Source: Candidatus Zambryskibacteria bacterium RIFOXYC1_FULL_39_10 (lineage in GTDB: Bacteria; Patescibacteriota; Minisyncoccia; Phycocordibacterales; WO2-35-19). Taken from it: a DNA stretch of 64,000 nucleotides. A model generated the notes under the pieces. That model had not been told where the DNA came from and searched no databases. It saw only the letters and a list, made by a program, of their open reading frames with translations. Position numbers and translations under genes: made by a program. The stretch covers positions 13,266 through 77,265 of the forward strand of contig MHWW01000002.1 of assembly GCA_001824275.1 (NCBI GenBank). The letters are read 5' to 3'. Of this stretch, positions 41,262-51,110 are shown in pieces (position 1 is the stretch's first letter; the number at the start of each line of letters is the position of its first letter).

Positions 41262-41657
41262 TTAACTTTGAAAATCAATTTCAAAAGAGTACATTCCCAT
41301 TCCACAGGATCCTTGTAAAGTCCCCAGTTTAGAATCACCCAATTCAATATCAGTTAATCCAGAAATAGGTAAATTTCTGCTTATATTTAAACTTGGAATA
41401 CGGACCGACGAGGAACAATCGAAAGTACCGTCCGTGTTAAATCTTAACACAGTAGGGACACCCGCCTTGGCGACACTCTTTCTTGGTAAGTATCCTCCTC
41501 TAGCATTTATTTCTACAATCTGAATCCCATTTTCAATTGTTACATTATTTACAGAAGCAACATTTTCACTTGTGGTTTTTGGACTACTTTTGCTAAAAAT
41601 AAAAGCTCCTCCAATGAGGACTAAGGCTATAATTACTGATGTTATTGTTCCTTTCAT
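41262..41657 (-). CDS. Cupredoxin-like domain protein
   Basis: N-terminal TM; GGYLP, DCSS, SCGMGMY. Confidence 0.82.
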   Translation of the reverse strand: MKGTITSVIIALVLIGGAFIFSKSSPKTTSENVASVNNVTIENGIQIVEINARGGYLPRKSVAKAGVPTVLRFNTDGTFDCSSSVRIPSLNISRNLPISGLTDIELGDSKLGTLQGSCGMGMYSFEIDFQS

Positions 41658-41664
41658 AATCTTA

Positions 41665-42717
41665 TTAAAAATTAAATACTGGCGGAATAACTCCAATAAC
41701 AACCAAAGAATTTATAAGGTTAAACAGAGCAAACATTATAACAATAAGGCCGGCGGATTTAAAGAAAATGCCAGACTTGCTACTGTTTTGAATACTGAAT
41801 GAGCTAAAACTAATCAATGCTAAAACGGGCAAAGTGCCAAGAGCAAAAGCAAACATAGTAAGTCCCCCTTGCACAAAACTACCGGTTGAAAGGGTATAAA
41901 TCTGCATCGATTGAGTAAAGCCACAAGGTAGAAAGAAAGTGGCGATACCCACGAGTAGCGGGGTTAATGTGTGATTAAACTTTGATATACCATGAGCATG
42001 CTTAGCTATAAACTTTGGCATTGATGGTTGCAATTTTTTGGCCCAAGAGAAAGTATCAAGAAGATTAATACCCATCATAAGCATCACTAAACCTATAATT
42101 ATTCCAAGTAGAAACGTGCCGATAGTACCCAATTGAAACGTGGCGCCAAGCACACCAATCACTCCGCCAAGTATAAAGAAAGAAACTATACGACCGATAT
42201 GGAAAAGAATTTGAGGTTTTATTTTACTTGTCCTGAGCGAAGTCGATGGATCTCCCTCTTTAGCAAATGTAGCTGACATAGAAAGCACAAGGCCACCAAC
42301 CACCGCCATACAAGTTGAAAGCGAAGCAACGATACCAATGACAAAAGCGGTGCCGTAAGTCACATTGCCGGCATTTACCAGATTGACTATACCCATTTTT
42401 TGCAGAGTCACAAAGAGCACCGCGAAACCAATCGCAATCGGTATTGCGACTTTGAAATCTCCCCATTTCTTTTCTTTGATCTGTTTTTCAACAGACACGG
42501 TGTAGCCATGAGGTTTAACTGATTTAGTTAACTCGGTAGCTATCTGTTCTAAAGTTTTATCACCAAAGTCTCCCACAATTTCAACTGTATTATTTTTGAG
42601 ACTGGATTTGGCTGAAGTCACATTTGGTAAATCATTAAGCTCACTTTCAGTTAAAAGCACGCAAGCACTGCAATGCATTCCGTGAACATGAAAGGTATAA
42701 GTTTTTTGTACTGGCAT
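41665..42717 (-). CDS. HMA domain + DsbD_2/TauE-like membrane protein
   Basis: GMHCSAC; STCMAVVGG; FFLPCGFTQ; FALGTLP. Confidence 0.88.
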   Translation of the reverse strand: MPVQKTYTFHVHGMHCSACVLLTESELNDLPNVTSAKSSLKNNTVEIVGDFGDKTLEQIATELTKSVKPHGYTVSVEKQIKEKKWGDFKVAIPIAIGFAVLFVTLQKMGIVNLVNAGNVTYGTAFVIGIVASLSTCMAVVGGLVLSMSATFAKEGDPSTSLRTSKIKPQILFHIGRIVSFFILGGVIGVLGATFQLGTIGTFLLGIIIGLVMLMMGINLLDTFSWAKKLQPSMPKFIAKHAHGISKFNHTLTPLLVGIATFFLPCGFTQSMQIYTLSTGSFVQGGLTMFAFALGTLPVLALISFSSFSIQNSSKSGIFFKSAGLIVIMFALFNLINSLVVIGVIPPVFNF

Positions 42718-42727
42718 AGGTTATATA

Positions 42728-42752
42728 TTATATACCCCCCTATGGTATATAA
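42728..42752. promoter_or_regulatory. CsoR-type operator overlapping a TTGTTA-17-TATAAT promoter
   Basis: TTATATACC-CCCCTAT-GGTATATAA palindrome with a C-tract. Confidence 0.75.
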
Positions 42753-42777
42753 CAAGTATAAACTATTTTAGATTAGA

Positions 42778-43758
42778 CTATATTCCACAACCACTTTGTT
42801 GTTTTGGAGTAGGGACCGAAACAGGAGTTGCTTGACCAGCATCTACCCCACACCCATTACTACTTCTGGAGCTACTAGGAACCGTAACCTGTGACGATAT
42901 ACTCCTGAAACCAGAACTACTGGAATACTCAATACCTAGCATTTCTTGAGGATTTACATCTGACCACTCAACCCCTTTTTTCTCTTTCATATAAGTGGCG
43001 ATGGTGATATAGGTATCGGGAAACCAATATGAGTTGACTGCCAAAGCCGCCTTCCACATATCTTGCTCGCTTACGCCTTGAGAAGCCATAAGTTCCAAAA
43101 ATCCAAGCATAGCCATACCATGATTGCAATCCGGGAAGTGGGTTGAATTACCACAACAAGGTCTGTATATTCCACGCGATACTTTATCCACCAAGGATTG
43201 CTGTTCTGGTGTCAGGTTAAAGTATATGTGTCTATTGTAGTGATCCATTGGACTACCCACGGCCACAGTCCAGCCACCAGTTGAAGCGAAATTGACCGCT
43301 CCGCCATATTGAGGATTATTCATTTCTTTTGAATCGACTAAAATTGGGTTTGCATTTGAAAGGCCGAGAGCCCACAATAAGTTTAGAATATACCCCGCAT
43401 TATCTTCATTAATTATTATTTTGCCATTATTGTCTCCAGACAATAATTTTTCATACTCCTCCGTAAACCCACGGCTTGCATAGAGAGCCTTAAATTTTTC
43501 TTCATCAATAGCTCCCGAACTTATAAGTTTTTTGCCTAAATCACCCCAAGTTACCGGAAGCTCTACTCCATTACTAGGCAAAACTTTTTCTTCTAATACT
43601 GATTTTTCTTGAATATTTTCTGGAGCTATGCTTATTTTCCTTGGGCTATCAGAAATTTTTAGTCTTGAGTTATACATCCAAGCACCGGAAAGCAAGATGC
43701 CGGCAATTATTATACTTATCGGAAGTGAAAGTATTTTTTCTAATTTATTTTTTTCCAT
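42778..43758 (-). CDS. Membrane-anchored protein with a PCC..DCNHGMA motif
   Basis: 326 aa ORF with an N-terminal TM, Cys/His cluster and C-terminal GCG repeats. Confidence 0.75.
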   Translation of the reverse strand: MEKNKLEKILSLPISIIIAGILLSGAWMYNSRLKISDSPRKISIAPENIQEKSVLEEKVLPSNGVELPVTWGDLGKKLISSGAIDEEKFKALYASRGFTEEYEKLLSGDNNGKIIINEDNAGYILNLLWALGLSNANPILVDSKEMNNPQYGGAVNFASTGGWTVAVGSPMDHYNRHIYFNLTPEQQSLVDKVSRGIYRPCCGNSTHFPDCNHGMAMLGFLELMASQGVSEQDMWKAALAVNSYWFPDTYITIATYMKEKKGVEWSDVNPQEMLGIEYSSSSGFRSISSQVTVPSSSRSSNGCGVDAGQATPVSVPTPKQQSGCGI

Positions 43759-43764
43759 ATTATT

Positions 43765-44001
43765 TTAGTTACAACAATCTTCTAATTTTTCCATAATTTC
43801 TTTTACATCTTTATTTTTTACATTTGTATTACTTTCCCCAACCTCTCTTAATCTGCGAACAACTTCTTTTATTCCAAGACTTTGAATATCATTAAGAATT
43901 TGCCTGCGTTTTTCACACTTAGGACAATGCGGTATATGCAAGACCTTTGTAAGCCCGGCAATAGCATCTCCAAATTTAATTCGTTTTGTTTCTTCAGACA
44001 T
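43765..44001 (-). CDS. Small Cys-containing protein
   Basis: HCPKC and terminal CCN; operon spacing. Confidence 0.65.
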   Translation of the reverse strand: MSEETKRIKFGDAIAGLTKVLHIPHCPKCEKRRQILNDIQSLGIKEVVRRLREVGESNTNVKNKDVKEIMEKLEDCCN

Positions 44002-44011
44002 ATTGATTAAA

Positions 44012-44791
44012 TTAGATAAAGAAAATTAATACTCCAATAATCACCATCGCTAAACCAGCCCAAAAATGAACTTTTTTAGTATTTGTGGTTTTCCATTCTT
44101 GCATTTTTTCTACCAAGACTTTATCAGCCGACACCCAGAGCACGACGACAAGCGGTATGCTGAGAATAAGATTGTAAAAGATGAGATAACCAAATCCTTT
44201 AAGATAAGTTACTTGGTCACGAAGCAATCCAATAACCATAAGGTACGGCCCACCCATACAAGGAAACTGACAAATACCGACTAAAGCTCCCAACCCAAAA
44301 GCGGCCACGAAAGAAGTTTTCTCCATTAACCCAGCCATCGTAGTGTACAAAGACTTTGGAAGTTTCAATTTCAAAGGAAATCTTGGAAAGAAATAACCAA
44401 CAAGATTAATAATTCCAAACAAAATCAAAAGTGACGCTCCAAGTTTACCCATGAAATGCGGAGTGTTGAACAAATGCAATACTTTCAATATCCCCAAACC
44501 AATCAAAAAATAAGCAGTGAAAATACCGGCGATATAAGCACCACCAATTTTGATAATTTTACTACGAGTCATCTGTATACCAAACAGAAATGCAATCGTT
44601 ATAAGTAAAATTGAAAAAGAACAAGGGTGAACACTGTCGAGTAAAGACGAGAAAAAAACTAACGGTAAAAGCCAAGTACCTCCTCTACTTAAATTGTAAA
44701 TTAAGCCAGCCGCACCATCGCTATTTTTTAGCACTACAATACCTACAATTACCGCCAAAACCACACCAATAATAATTGCGATTTTTTTCAT
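44012..44791 (-). CDS. CcdA/DsbD-like membrane protein
   Basis: DSVHPCSF and CQFPCMGGPY paired Cys in TM helices. Confidence 0.82.
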   Translation of the reverse strand: MKKIAIIIGVVLAVIVGIVVLKNSDGAAGLIYNLSRGGTWLLPLVFFSSLLDSVHPCSFSILLITIAFLFGIQMTRSKIIKIGGAYIAGIFTAYFLIGLGILKVLHLFNTPHFMGKLGASLLILFGIINLVGYFFPRFPLKLKLPKSLYTTMAGLMEKTSFVAAFGLGALVGICQFPCMGGPYLMVIGLLRDQVTYLKGFGYLIFYNLILSIPLVVVLWVSADKVLVEKMQEWKTTNTKKVHFWAGLAMVIIGVLIFFI

Positions 44792-44793
44792 AA

Positions 44794-45300
44794 TTATGGA
44801 GTTACTGTTGCCTTAATTTCCAACTGCAAAGCATTACCGGCAACATCGGTAAGAGTAATAAATCTATCTATAAATCCAACCCCAGCGGGTCCGTGTGCAT
44901 TAGGATCGTAAACTACACGAATAATACGATTTTCACCAGCTTTAATAATTTCATTAGCTGGCGGCACAAAACCCATACCAGGCATTTTAAATGGACCTTT
45001 CATACTGCCGTCTGGACTAATAATAAACGCACTAGTACACATACAGGAAGTTAGAACAGTTTTTAAGTTAATATCTTGAACAGTAGGATTAGTGACAGTA
45101 AATTCTTTGGTGACATTACCGTTTTTCATCGAGATAGTTCCAAAATCATAAAGAGTTTCTGAAGCGATAAGGAGAGCTTCGGAATTATTTTGAGAAGCAC
45201 CCTGAACCGATGCTGATGTCCCACCTTTGATAAAATAGCCCCACACAAATAATCCCATTACCGCCACAATAATTAAGATAATGATTGTTTTTATTTTCAT
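44794..45300 (-). CDS. DUF1573-like Ig-fold protein
   Basis: YDFGTI...F.V.N...TSCMCT. Confidence 0.8.
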   Translation of the reverse strand: MKIKTIIILIIVAVMGLFVWGYFIKGGTSASVQGASQNNSEALLIASETLYDFGTISMKNGNVTKEFTVTNPTVQDINLKTVLTSCMCTSAFIISPDGSMKGPFKMPGMGFVPPANEIIKAGENRIIRVVYDPNAHGPAGVGFIDRFITLTDVAGNALQLEIKATVTP

Positions 45301-45392
45301 AAAGTTTAAATTAGTTAAATAATACAAAAAGCCCTTAATAAGGACTTTTTGCAACACTTCAAAAATTCTAAAAAGAATCTAAGAAGTGCCGC

Positions 45393-45809
45393 TTATACTA
45401 TAGTTGGACTATTTTCGAAAAGAGAAAGCCAATGTATTATTTTTCTAGTACTAGAAAAAACTGGCGAATAATCATAAAAACGATTCTTTATAAATGTAAT
45501 GTATTTAAATATATTTTGACCGGTAAAAAGTATTAGAAATACGCTCGCAAAAATAAAAAGAGAAGCGAGCAATATCGTCAATCCATAGTCTATCGTTACA
45601 TTTATAAATGATTGATAAGAAGAAATATAGTGAATGGCTGAAGCGACTGTATTTTGTACACAATCAGATGTATCTGCAACAGAAAACGGACATTGCCCCA
45701 ACATTTGCCCATCTGAATTATGTATCATGGTGAAAATACCAAAAATTAGCAGTGACATAAATGATACCAGAATAAGTGACGCTATTATTTTTTTGAATAA
45801 AGCTGACAT
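45393..45809 (-). CDS. Hypothetical membrane protein
   Basis: Two TM segments, CPF...C motif. Confidence 0.65.
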   Translation of the reverse strand: MSALFKKIIASLILVSFMSLLIFGIFTMIHNSDGQMLGQCPFSVADTSDCVQNTVASAIHYISSYQSFINVTIDYGLTILLASLFIFASVFLILFTGQNIFKYITFIKNRFYDYSPVFSSTRKIIHWLSLFENSPTIV

Positions 45810-45828
45810 ATAAATTACAAATACTTTT

Positions 45829-46056
45829 TTAGCTTAAATCTTTTTTCTTGGACTCAAACTCTTCTTTATCAATTTCACCTTTTGCATATCTCTCTTTTAA
45901 AATTTCAAGAGCACTTGAATTTGATCTAGGACTTGAGTTTTTACCCCCAACTTCACGCACAATCCAAACAATAAAAACAACAAGCAAAACCCAAAAAACA
46001 ACCATCATTATGCCACCTCCAAACCAACCTCCATAATCGTTATAAAATCCGTACAT
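45829..46056 (-). CDS. SHOCT domain membrane protein
   Basis: ALEILKERYAKGEIDKEEF. Confidence 0.88.
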   Translation of the reverse strand: MYGFYNDYGGWFGGGIMMVVFWVLLVVFIVWIVREVGGKNSSPRSNSSALEILKERYAKGEIDKEEFESKKKDLS

Positions 46057-46089
46057 AATATTTTATATTAGTTAATAATTACATTCATT

Positions 46090-48441
46090 CTACAACTTTT
46101 TAGTTTTTAAGCGTAGGGAATTACCGACCACCGATACCGAAGACATGGCCATAGCAAAACCAGCAAAAACTGGGTTGAGGAGCCAGCCAAATATCGGATA
46201 AAATAGACCGCCAGCCAAAGGTATCCCCACAATATTATAAATAAAAGCCCAAAAAAGATTTTGTTTAATACCGGTCATCGTGATTTTTGAAAGTTTTATG
46301 GCTTTAACCAATTTTGAAATATCACCATGCAAAAGAGTAATCCCGGCTGATTCAATGGCCACGTCCGTTCCTGTCGCCATAGCAATACCCACATCAGCTT
46401 GAGCCAAAGCCGGCGCGTCATTGACCCCATCCCCCGCCATGGCCACGATTTTGCCCTCTGCCTGTAATGCTTTAATTTTATTAAGTTTATCTTCTGGCAT
46501 TACTTCGGCTACTACTTCATCTATGCCAATTTCTTTTGCAATAAAATTGGCTGTGTTTTTATTATCCCCAGTCAGCATCACTACTTTTATATTTAATTTG
46601 TGAAGATTTTTAATAGCTTCTATCGCTTCTGGCTTTACCGCGTCAGCGACCATTATCACCCCCAAAACTTTTTCTTTAGTGGTTAAAACAATAGGAGTTT
46701 TTCCTTCCAATGTTTCTTTTTCAATTGATGTTGTGTTAAAAGACAAATTTAGATCTTTTACAAGTTTTGTATTACCCGCAAAATATTCAATATTTTCAAC
46801 AACACCTCCAACTCCTTTACCTTTTATAGCTTCAAAATTTTGCACTTCAATAAAATTGATATTTTTCCCCGCCTCTTCGGTGGGCAGGCCTTTTGCATAA
46901 GAGACTACGGCGTGAGCGATTGGGTGCTCGGATTTATTTTCCAGTGAAGCCAGCACGGCAATGAGTTCATTATCAGTTTTGTCAGAAAAATTTTGAATAG
47001 AAACTAATTCAGGTTTACCACGAGTAAGTGTACCAGTCTTATCAACCACCACCACATTAACTTTGTGAAGTTTTTCAAGAGTACCAGCATCTTTAATAAG
47101 TATTCCTTCTCGTGCACCTTTACCAACACCAACAATAATAGCGGTGGGCGTGGCTAACCCCAAAGCACACGGACAGGCGATAACCAAAATACCCACGAAT
47201 GATACCAAACCAAACGAAAGTGCCTGCGAAAAACCAAGGTACTGTGTACCTACCAAAAGCCAGAGACCCAAAGAAACAAAAGACAAAACTAAAACAATAG
47301 GCACAAAAACACCAGAAATTTTATCGGCCAACGCCTGAATAGGAGCTTTGCTCCCCTGGGCATCTTCAACCATTTTAATAATTCTAGCCAACATTGTTTC
47401 AGACCCCACTTTGGTAGCTTTAAAGATGAAAGAACCACTGGTGTTTATTGTTCCAGCCACCACAGTGTCCCCTATTTTTTTTGAAACTGGCATTGGCTCA
47501 CCTGAAATCATTGATTCATCTATATGCGACGAACCTTCAATAATAATCCCATCAACAGGAATATTGCTTCCTGGTTTTACTATAATCAAATCTCCGTGGA
47601 CTACATCGTTTATAGATACTTCCAATTCTTTGCCATCACGCAATACCAGAGCTGTTTTAGCTTGCAGATTTAAAAGTTTTTCTATAGCATCTCCGGTTTT
47701 TAATTTTGATCGGGCCTCCAAATATTTACCAAGCGTTATAAAAGCGATAACCACAATAGCCACATCATAATAACTTTGTTCCACGTTTATAAAAGGTTTT
47801 AGACTTTCTTCAAAAGCACTTATGACAAAACTGTATAACACCGCAACCAGTGTCCCCAGACCAATAAGAGTATCCATATTAGCCTTGCCATAACGGAAAA
47901 ATCTATAAAGCCCTAGTAGATACGGTTTACCAACTACAAAAAGGGTGTAAGTAGCCAATATAGGCAAAAGATGATGAAAAAACTCACTCCAAAAAGTTGA
48001 CATCATCGGTATAATTTCAAATTGAGCAAAAATATCCCAACTCATAACAAAAATACTTATGATGACAATTGGGATAAGAGAAAAAAGATTATTGTGCATA
48101 CTTTTTAGTTCAGCCAGTTTTTCATGCTTTGACTGATTAAGTCCTAAATGCTCGGCATGTTCGTCTTTTGACATACCCATTGTTTCTGCTGTTTCTAAAA
48201 TTAAAGAATACCCCAACGGTTCTATTTTTTTAGAAAGATTTTCGGGACTAGTTTGTGTATCATCAAAATCTATTTTTACATTTTCTGTCACATAATTTAC
48301 ATCTACTGATTGTACTCCTACTTCTTTTTTAAAAGTTTTTTCAATAATACCGGCGCAAGAAGCGCAATGCATACCTTTTACCCGCACACTAATTTGAGTA
48401 TTATTTTTTGTTGCAATATTATGTTTATTGGTAGTGTCCAT
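46090..48441 (-). CDS. copA: Cu(I)-translocating P1B-type ATPase
   Basis: GMHCASC, SGEP, CPCALGLA, DKTGT, SEHP, GDGVNDAP, YN and MAMSS. Confidence 0.95.
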   Translation of the reverse strand: MDTTNKHNIATKNNTQISVRVKGMHCASCAGIIEKTFKKEVGVQSVDVNYVTENVKIDFDDTQTSPENLSKKIEPLGYSLILETAETMGMSKDEHAEHLGLNQSKHEKLAELKSMHNNLFSLIPIVIISIFVMSWDIFAQFEIIPMMSTFWSEFFHHLLPILATYTLFVVGKPYLLGLYRFFRYGKANMDTLIGLGTLVAVLYSFVISAFEESLKPFINVEQSYYDVAIVVIAFITLGKYLEARSKLKTGDAIEKLLNLQAKTALVLRDGKELEVSINDVVHGDLIIVKPGSNIPVDGIIIEGSSHIDESMISGEPMPVSKKIGDTVVAGTINTSGSFIFKATKVGSETMLARIIKMVEDAQGSKAPIQALADKISGVFVPIVLVLSFVSLGLWLLVGTQYLGFSQALSFGLVSFVGILVIACPCALGLATPTAIIVGVGKGAREGILIKDAGTLEKLHKVNVVVVDKTGTLTRGKPELVSIQNFSDKTDNELIAVLASLENKSEHPIAHAVVSYAKGLPTEEAGKNINFIEVQNFEAIKGKGVGGVVENIEYFAGNTKLVKDLNLSFNTTSIEKETLEGKTPIVLTTKEKVLGVIMVADAVKPEAIEAIKNLHKLNIKVVMLTGDNKNTANFIAKEIGIDEVVAEVMPEDKLNKIKALQAEGKIVAMAGDGVNDAPALAQADVGIAMATGTDVAIESAGITLLHGDISKLVKAIKLSKITMTGIKQNLFWAFIYNIVGIPLAGGLFYPIFGWLLNPVFAGFAMAMSSVSVVGNSLRLKTKKL

Positions 48442-48480
48442 TTTTGTAATAAAATTTAAATTTTGTTTTAGTGTGCGGGT

Positions 48481-48744
48481 TTATTTCCTCTTCAAACGAT
48501 AAACTTCCAATATTTCTTTAGTGGCTTTGCCTCCCTTACCTTCATTTATCTGAGGAATAACACAAGAACTCAAATGATTTTCCATTAGAGCATCTTCAAT
48601 ACTAGATAACGCATTTTTGACTGCAGAAGTTTGAGTAATAATATCAATACAATAAACTCCTTTTTCTACCATGTTTTGTAGACCACGAACTTGCCCTTCA
48701 ATAATATTTAGCCTTCTTAAAATCCTTGATTTTGGTGTAACCAT
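48481..48744 (-). CDS. csoR: CsoR/RcnR family metal-sensing repressor
   Basis: RRLNIIEGQVRG, C-x24-H-x3-C. Confidence 0.9.
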   Translation of the reverse strand: MVTPKSRILRRLNIIEGQVRGLQNMVEKGVYCIDIITQTSAVKNALSSIEDALMENHLSSCVIPQINEGKGGKATKEILEVYRLKRK

Positions 48745-48778
48745 AAAATTATACTTAAAGCTATTACCACCCCATACT

Positions 48779-48795
48779 ATACCCCCGGGGGGTAT
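48779..48795. promoter_or_regulatory. CsoR operator between the -35 and -10 of the csoR-copA promoter
   Basis: ATACCCCC-G-GGGGGTAT; TTGACT at 48797-48802 on the minus strand. Confidence 0.8.
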
Positions 48796-48897
48796 TAGTC
48801 AAGTAAAGGAAGTGGGGATATCCTAACTGTTACTACCTGATTTGTTCCTTAATAATATGTAAACAAACTGCCCGCAACACGTGGTGTTGCGGGCAAG

Positions 48898-49176
48898 TTA
48901 TTCGGGCAGTCTGTCTCTGATTTCTTGAGACAGTTTTGGAACACAACCAAGGCAGTAGCCAAATTGGGTTTCTGGGTCCATTTCCATCTCATCATGACTT
49001 GTTAACTCACCGCAGTTGTCACAAGTTGAAGCATATTCACAGACTGCCTCTATGCACCTACCATCTATCGTATCGCAAGAGTCGCAGTTCCCCGACGGCT
49101 CACACTCCTCACAGTGGGTTTCGCATGAGCAACATTCTCCTAGCTCAGTCTTCTCAAACCATGATTTTTCTACCAT
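48898..49176 (-). CDS. Acidic 13-Cys small protein
   Basis: Several CxxC motifs; SD GAGGGG before ATG 49176; terminator stem at 48869-48895. Confidence 0.7.
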   Translation of the reverse strand: MVEKSWFEKTELGECCSCETHCEECEPSGNCDSCDTIDGRCIEAVCEYASTCDNCGELTSHDEMEMDPETQFGYCLGCVPKLSQEIRDRLPE

Positions 49177-49296
49177 AATCCCCTCTTCAAATACTATACT
49201 ACTCAAAATCTCCCAAAAGACAAATGGTTTTATTAAATTATTTTTTAAATTCTTTGCCCTTCGCTATGCTCAGGACACTGAATTTTTATGGTCATT

Positions 49297-49632
49297 TCAT
49301 TTATAAAGTATATTAAGAGCTAGAACAACAACTAAAATCACAATTGCAGGATACTTTATTTTCCTACCAGGAATATCCATCTTCAATATTTTGTAAGCGT
49401 AATAACTTAGGAAACTGGAATCATAATTTATGCTTGGTTCCACCTTTTTTCTTAATAAAAATTCCCATCTCGTTAATGGGCAATACCCCAAAAATATTTC
49501 GGCCAATAAAACCAAAGAAGTAATGATTAAATGGGTGGTCTGAAGAATTGGGTAATACCAACCAATCAAAACAATTATTACCACTAAGATGTGGAGGGAG
49601 AGTATAAAATTAGCCCAAAAAATATATTTCAT
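49297..49632 (-). CDS. DUF2784-like membrane protein
   Basis: LH...H...CPLTRWE..LR. Confidence 0.75.
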   Translation of the reverse strand: MKYIFWANFILSLHILVVIIVLIGWYYPILQTTHLIITSLVLLAEIFLGYCPLTRWEFLLRKKVEPSINYDSSFLSYYAYKILKMDIPGRKIKYPAIVILVVVLALNILYK

Positions 49633-50174
49633 TTTGTATTTTTTATTATCTCTTCTACCTTATTTGCTATATTTTGATTCCAATTATGAGCCGCGTCTAC
49701 TTCAAACAAAACAAATCCCTTCTTCTTAATTAATTCGGCATTTTCTGAATCACAAAAATAATAATCTTTTACGCCCCTTATAATCACGATGTTTTCTTTT
49801 GGTAATTTTTGGAGATTCTCTAATACATTTATTCTCAGTAATCGCAGGATTTTTTTGAAAGCATAAAACCAACTAGATAAAGGAATGATTTTGACTTTTT
49901 TCATCCCTTCGGCAATAAAAAATTCAATATCCCTTATCACAAGACTTATAAATTTTCTTTTCTTAACCAACGGATTAATGAGTATGATTTTTTGATTATT
50001 AGAAATATTTTGCGAAAGTAAATAATTCACCCCTGCACTATGAGCAATAATCCAATCATTTTCACCTATTTCCACCGATTCATTTTTCTTTAGCCAAATA
50101 TCAATACCTTTATATCCTTCATAGACCGATACCAACGAAAAAGATCCTGGAATTACTAAAACTTTGTCATGCAT
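49629..50174 (-). CDS. Small alpha/beta hydrolase-fold protein
   Basis: IPG, AHSAG, G.KD, AAH consistent with a Ser-Asp-His triad. Confidence 0.65.
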   Translation of the reverse strand: MHDKVLVIPGSFSLVSVYEGYKGIDIWLKKNESVEIGENDWIIAHSAGVNYLLSQNISNNQKIILINPLVKKRKFISLVIRDIEFFIAEGMKKVKIIPLSSWFYAFKKILRLLRINVLENLQKLPKENIVIIRGVKDYYFCDSENAELIKKKGFVLFEVDAAHNWNQNIANKVEEIIKNTK

Positions 50175-50242
50175 ATATTTATAAATGATTTTAAAGAAAT
50201 AACCTACCTATTTCTATAAACAAACTTTCTAATTTACACAGA

Positions 50243-50572
50243 TTATTTCTTCCCATGTATTGAGTCCATTAAATCATCAACTTCTTTGACTAATTTAGCA
50301 TTCTTTATCCCATCTGCGTAAACCCAAACATCAGACAAAATATCCCATGAATTATCGTATTGCTCCGTGACTCCGTAAATCTGGGCTATTTGCAATTGAA
50401 TTGAAATTCTTTCTTCTGCTGAGCTACCGTATTTATGATACCTTTCATATACTGAATCAATCCATCTTTCAATTTCAGATTTTAAATTCTCCGAAAGGCC
50501 TTCTCTTTTGAAAATTTCAGCAATCTTATTTTTAAAACTCTCAAAACTTTCTACATTATTTAACCCTTCCAT
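50243..50572 (-). CDS. Hypothetical helical protein
   Basis: 109 aa ATG-started ORF. Confidence 0.6.
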   Translation of the reverse strand: MEGLNNVESFESFKNKIAEIFKREGLSENLKSEIERWIDSVYERYHKYGSSAEERISIQLQIAQIYGVTEQYDNSWDILSDVWVYADGIKNAKLVKEVDDLMDSIHGKK

Positions 50573-50581
50573 AATATGTGA

Positions 50582-50845
50582 TTATTTTTTGTCGGTTTTA
50601 GTGATTTTTTCCAATTCCTCTTGCATTCTACTAAGTTCTGACTGATGCTGACTCATTTGTTGTCTGATGCGATCTACTTCTTGTTCTAATTTTGCCGCTT
50701 CACCTTCAGCTTTTTGAAGCTCTTGTTTTATTTTATCTGCCTCCGCCTTATGTTTATCAAGCTCTCGTTCTTTTTCTTGCAAATCGCGAGTTTCCTTTTC
50801 AATTTCTCTTTTTAAACTTTCCAATGCTTGTGTTGATGCACTCAT
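50582..50845 (-). CDS. Small coiled-coil protein
   Basis: Heptad-rich E/K/Q sequence; start placed downstream of tRNA-His. Confidence 0.7.
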   Translation of the reverse strand: MSASTQALESLKREIEKETRDLQEKERELDKHKAEADKIKQELQKAEGEAAKLEQEVDRIRQQMSQHQSELSRMQEELEKITKTDKK

Positions 50846-50877
50846 AATAAATGGGTTATTTAATAAAATTTCAATTT

Positions 50878-50954
50878 TGGGGTGGCCAGCGGGTTCTGCC
50901 CCCGCGACCTCTTCTTTCACAGAGAAGCGCTCTGCTAGCTGAGCTATGACCACC
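50878..50954 (-). tRNA. tRNA-His(GTG) with G-1, encoded CCA and non-canonical D/T loops
   Basis: G GTGGTCA TA GCTC AGCTAGCA GAGC G CTTCT CTGTGAA AGAAG AGGTC GCGGG GGCAGAA CCCGC TGGCCAC C CCA. Confidence 0.9.
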
Positions 50955-51070
50955 ATCATAAAAAGTTTATAGCTGAGAGCCTGTCTGCCGACAAGGCAGG
51001 CTTAAAGCTTGAAAGCATTTTCGCATAAAATATCACTTTTTTCCAGCCTCCCAAGAATTTTTTTATTTTT

Positions 51071-51110
51071 CTCCCCTCTCCTGCATCTAGGAGAGGGGCT
51101 GGGGGTGAGG
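51071..51110. repeat. REP-like palindrome copy
   Basis: CTCCCCTCTCCTGCATCTAGGAGAGGGGCTGGGGGTGAGG abutting the stop at 51111. Confidence 0.85.

Noticed and set aside
50846-50959. N-terminal extension of ORF 50582..50959
   Set aside because: It overlaps tRNA-His on the same strand; the real start is ATG 50845.
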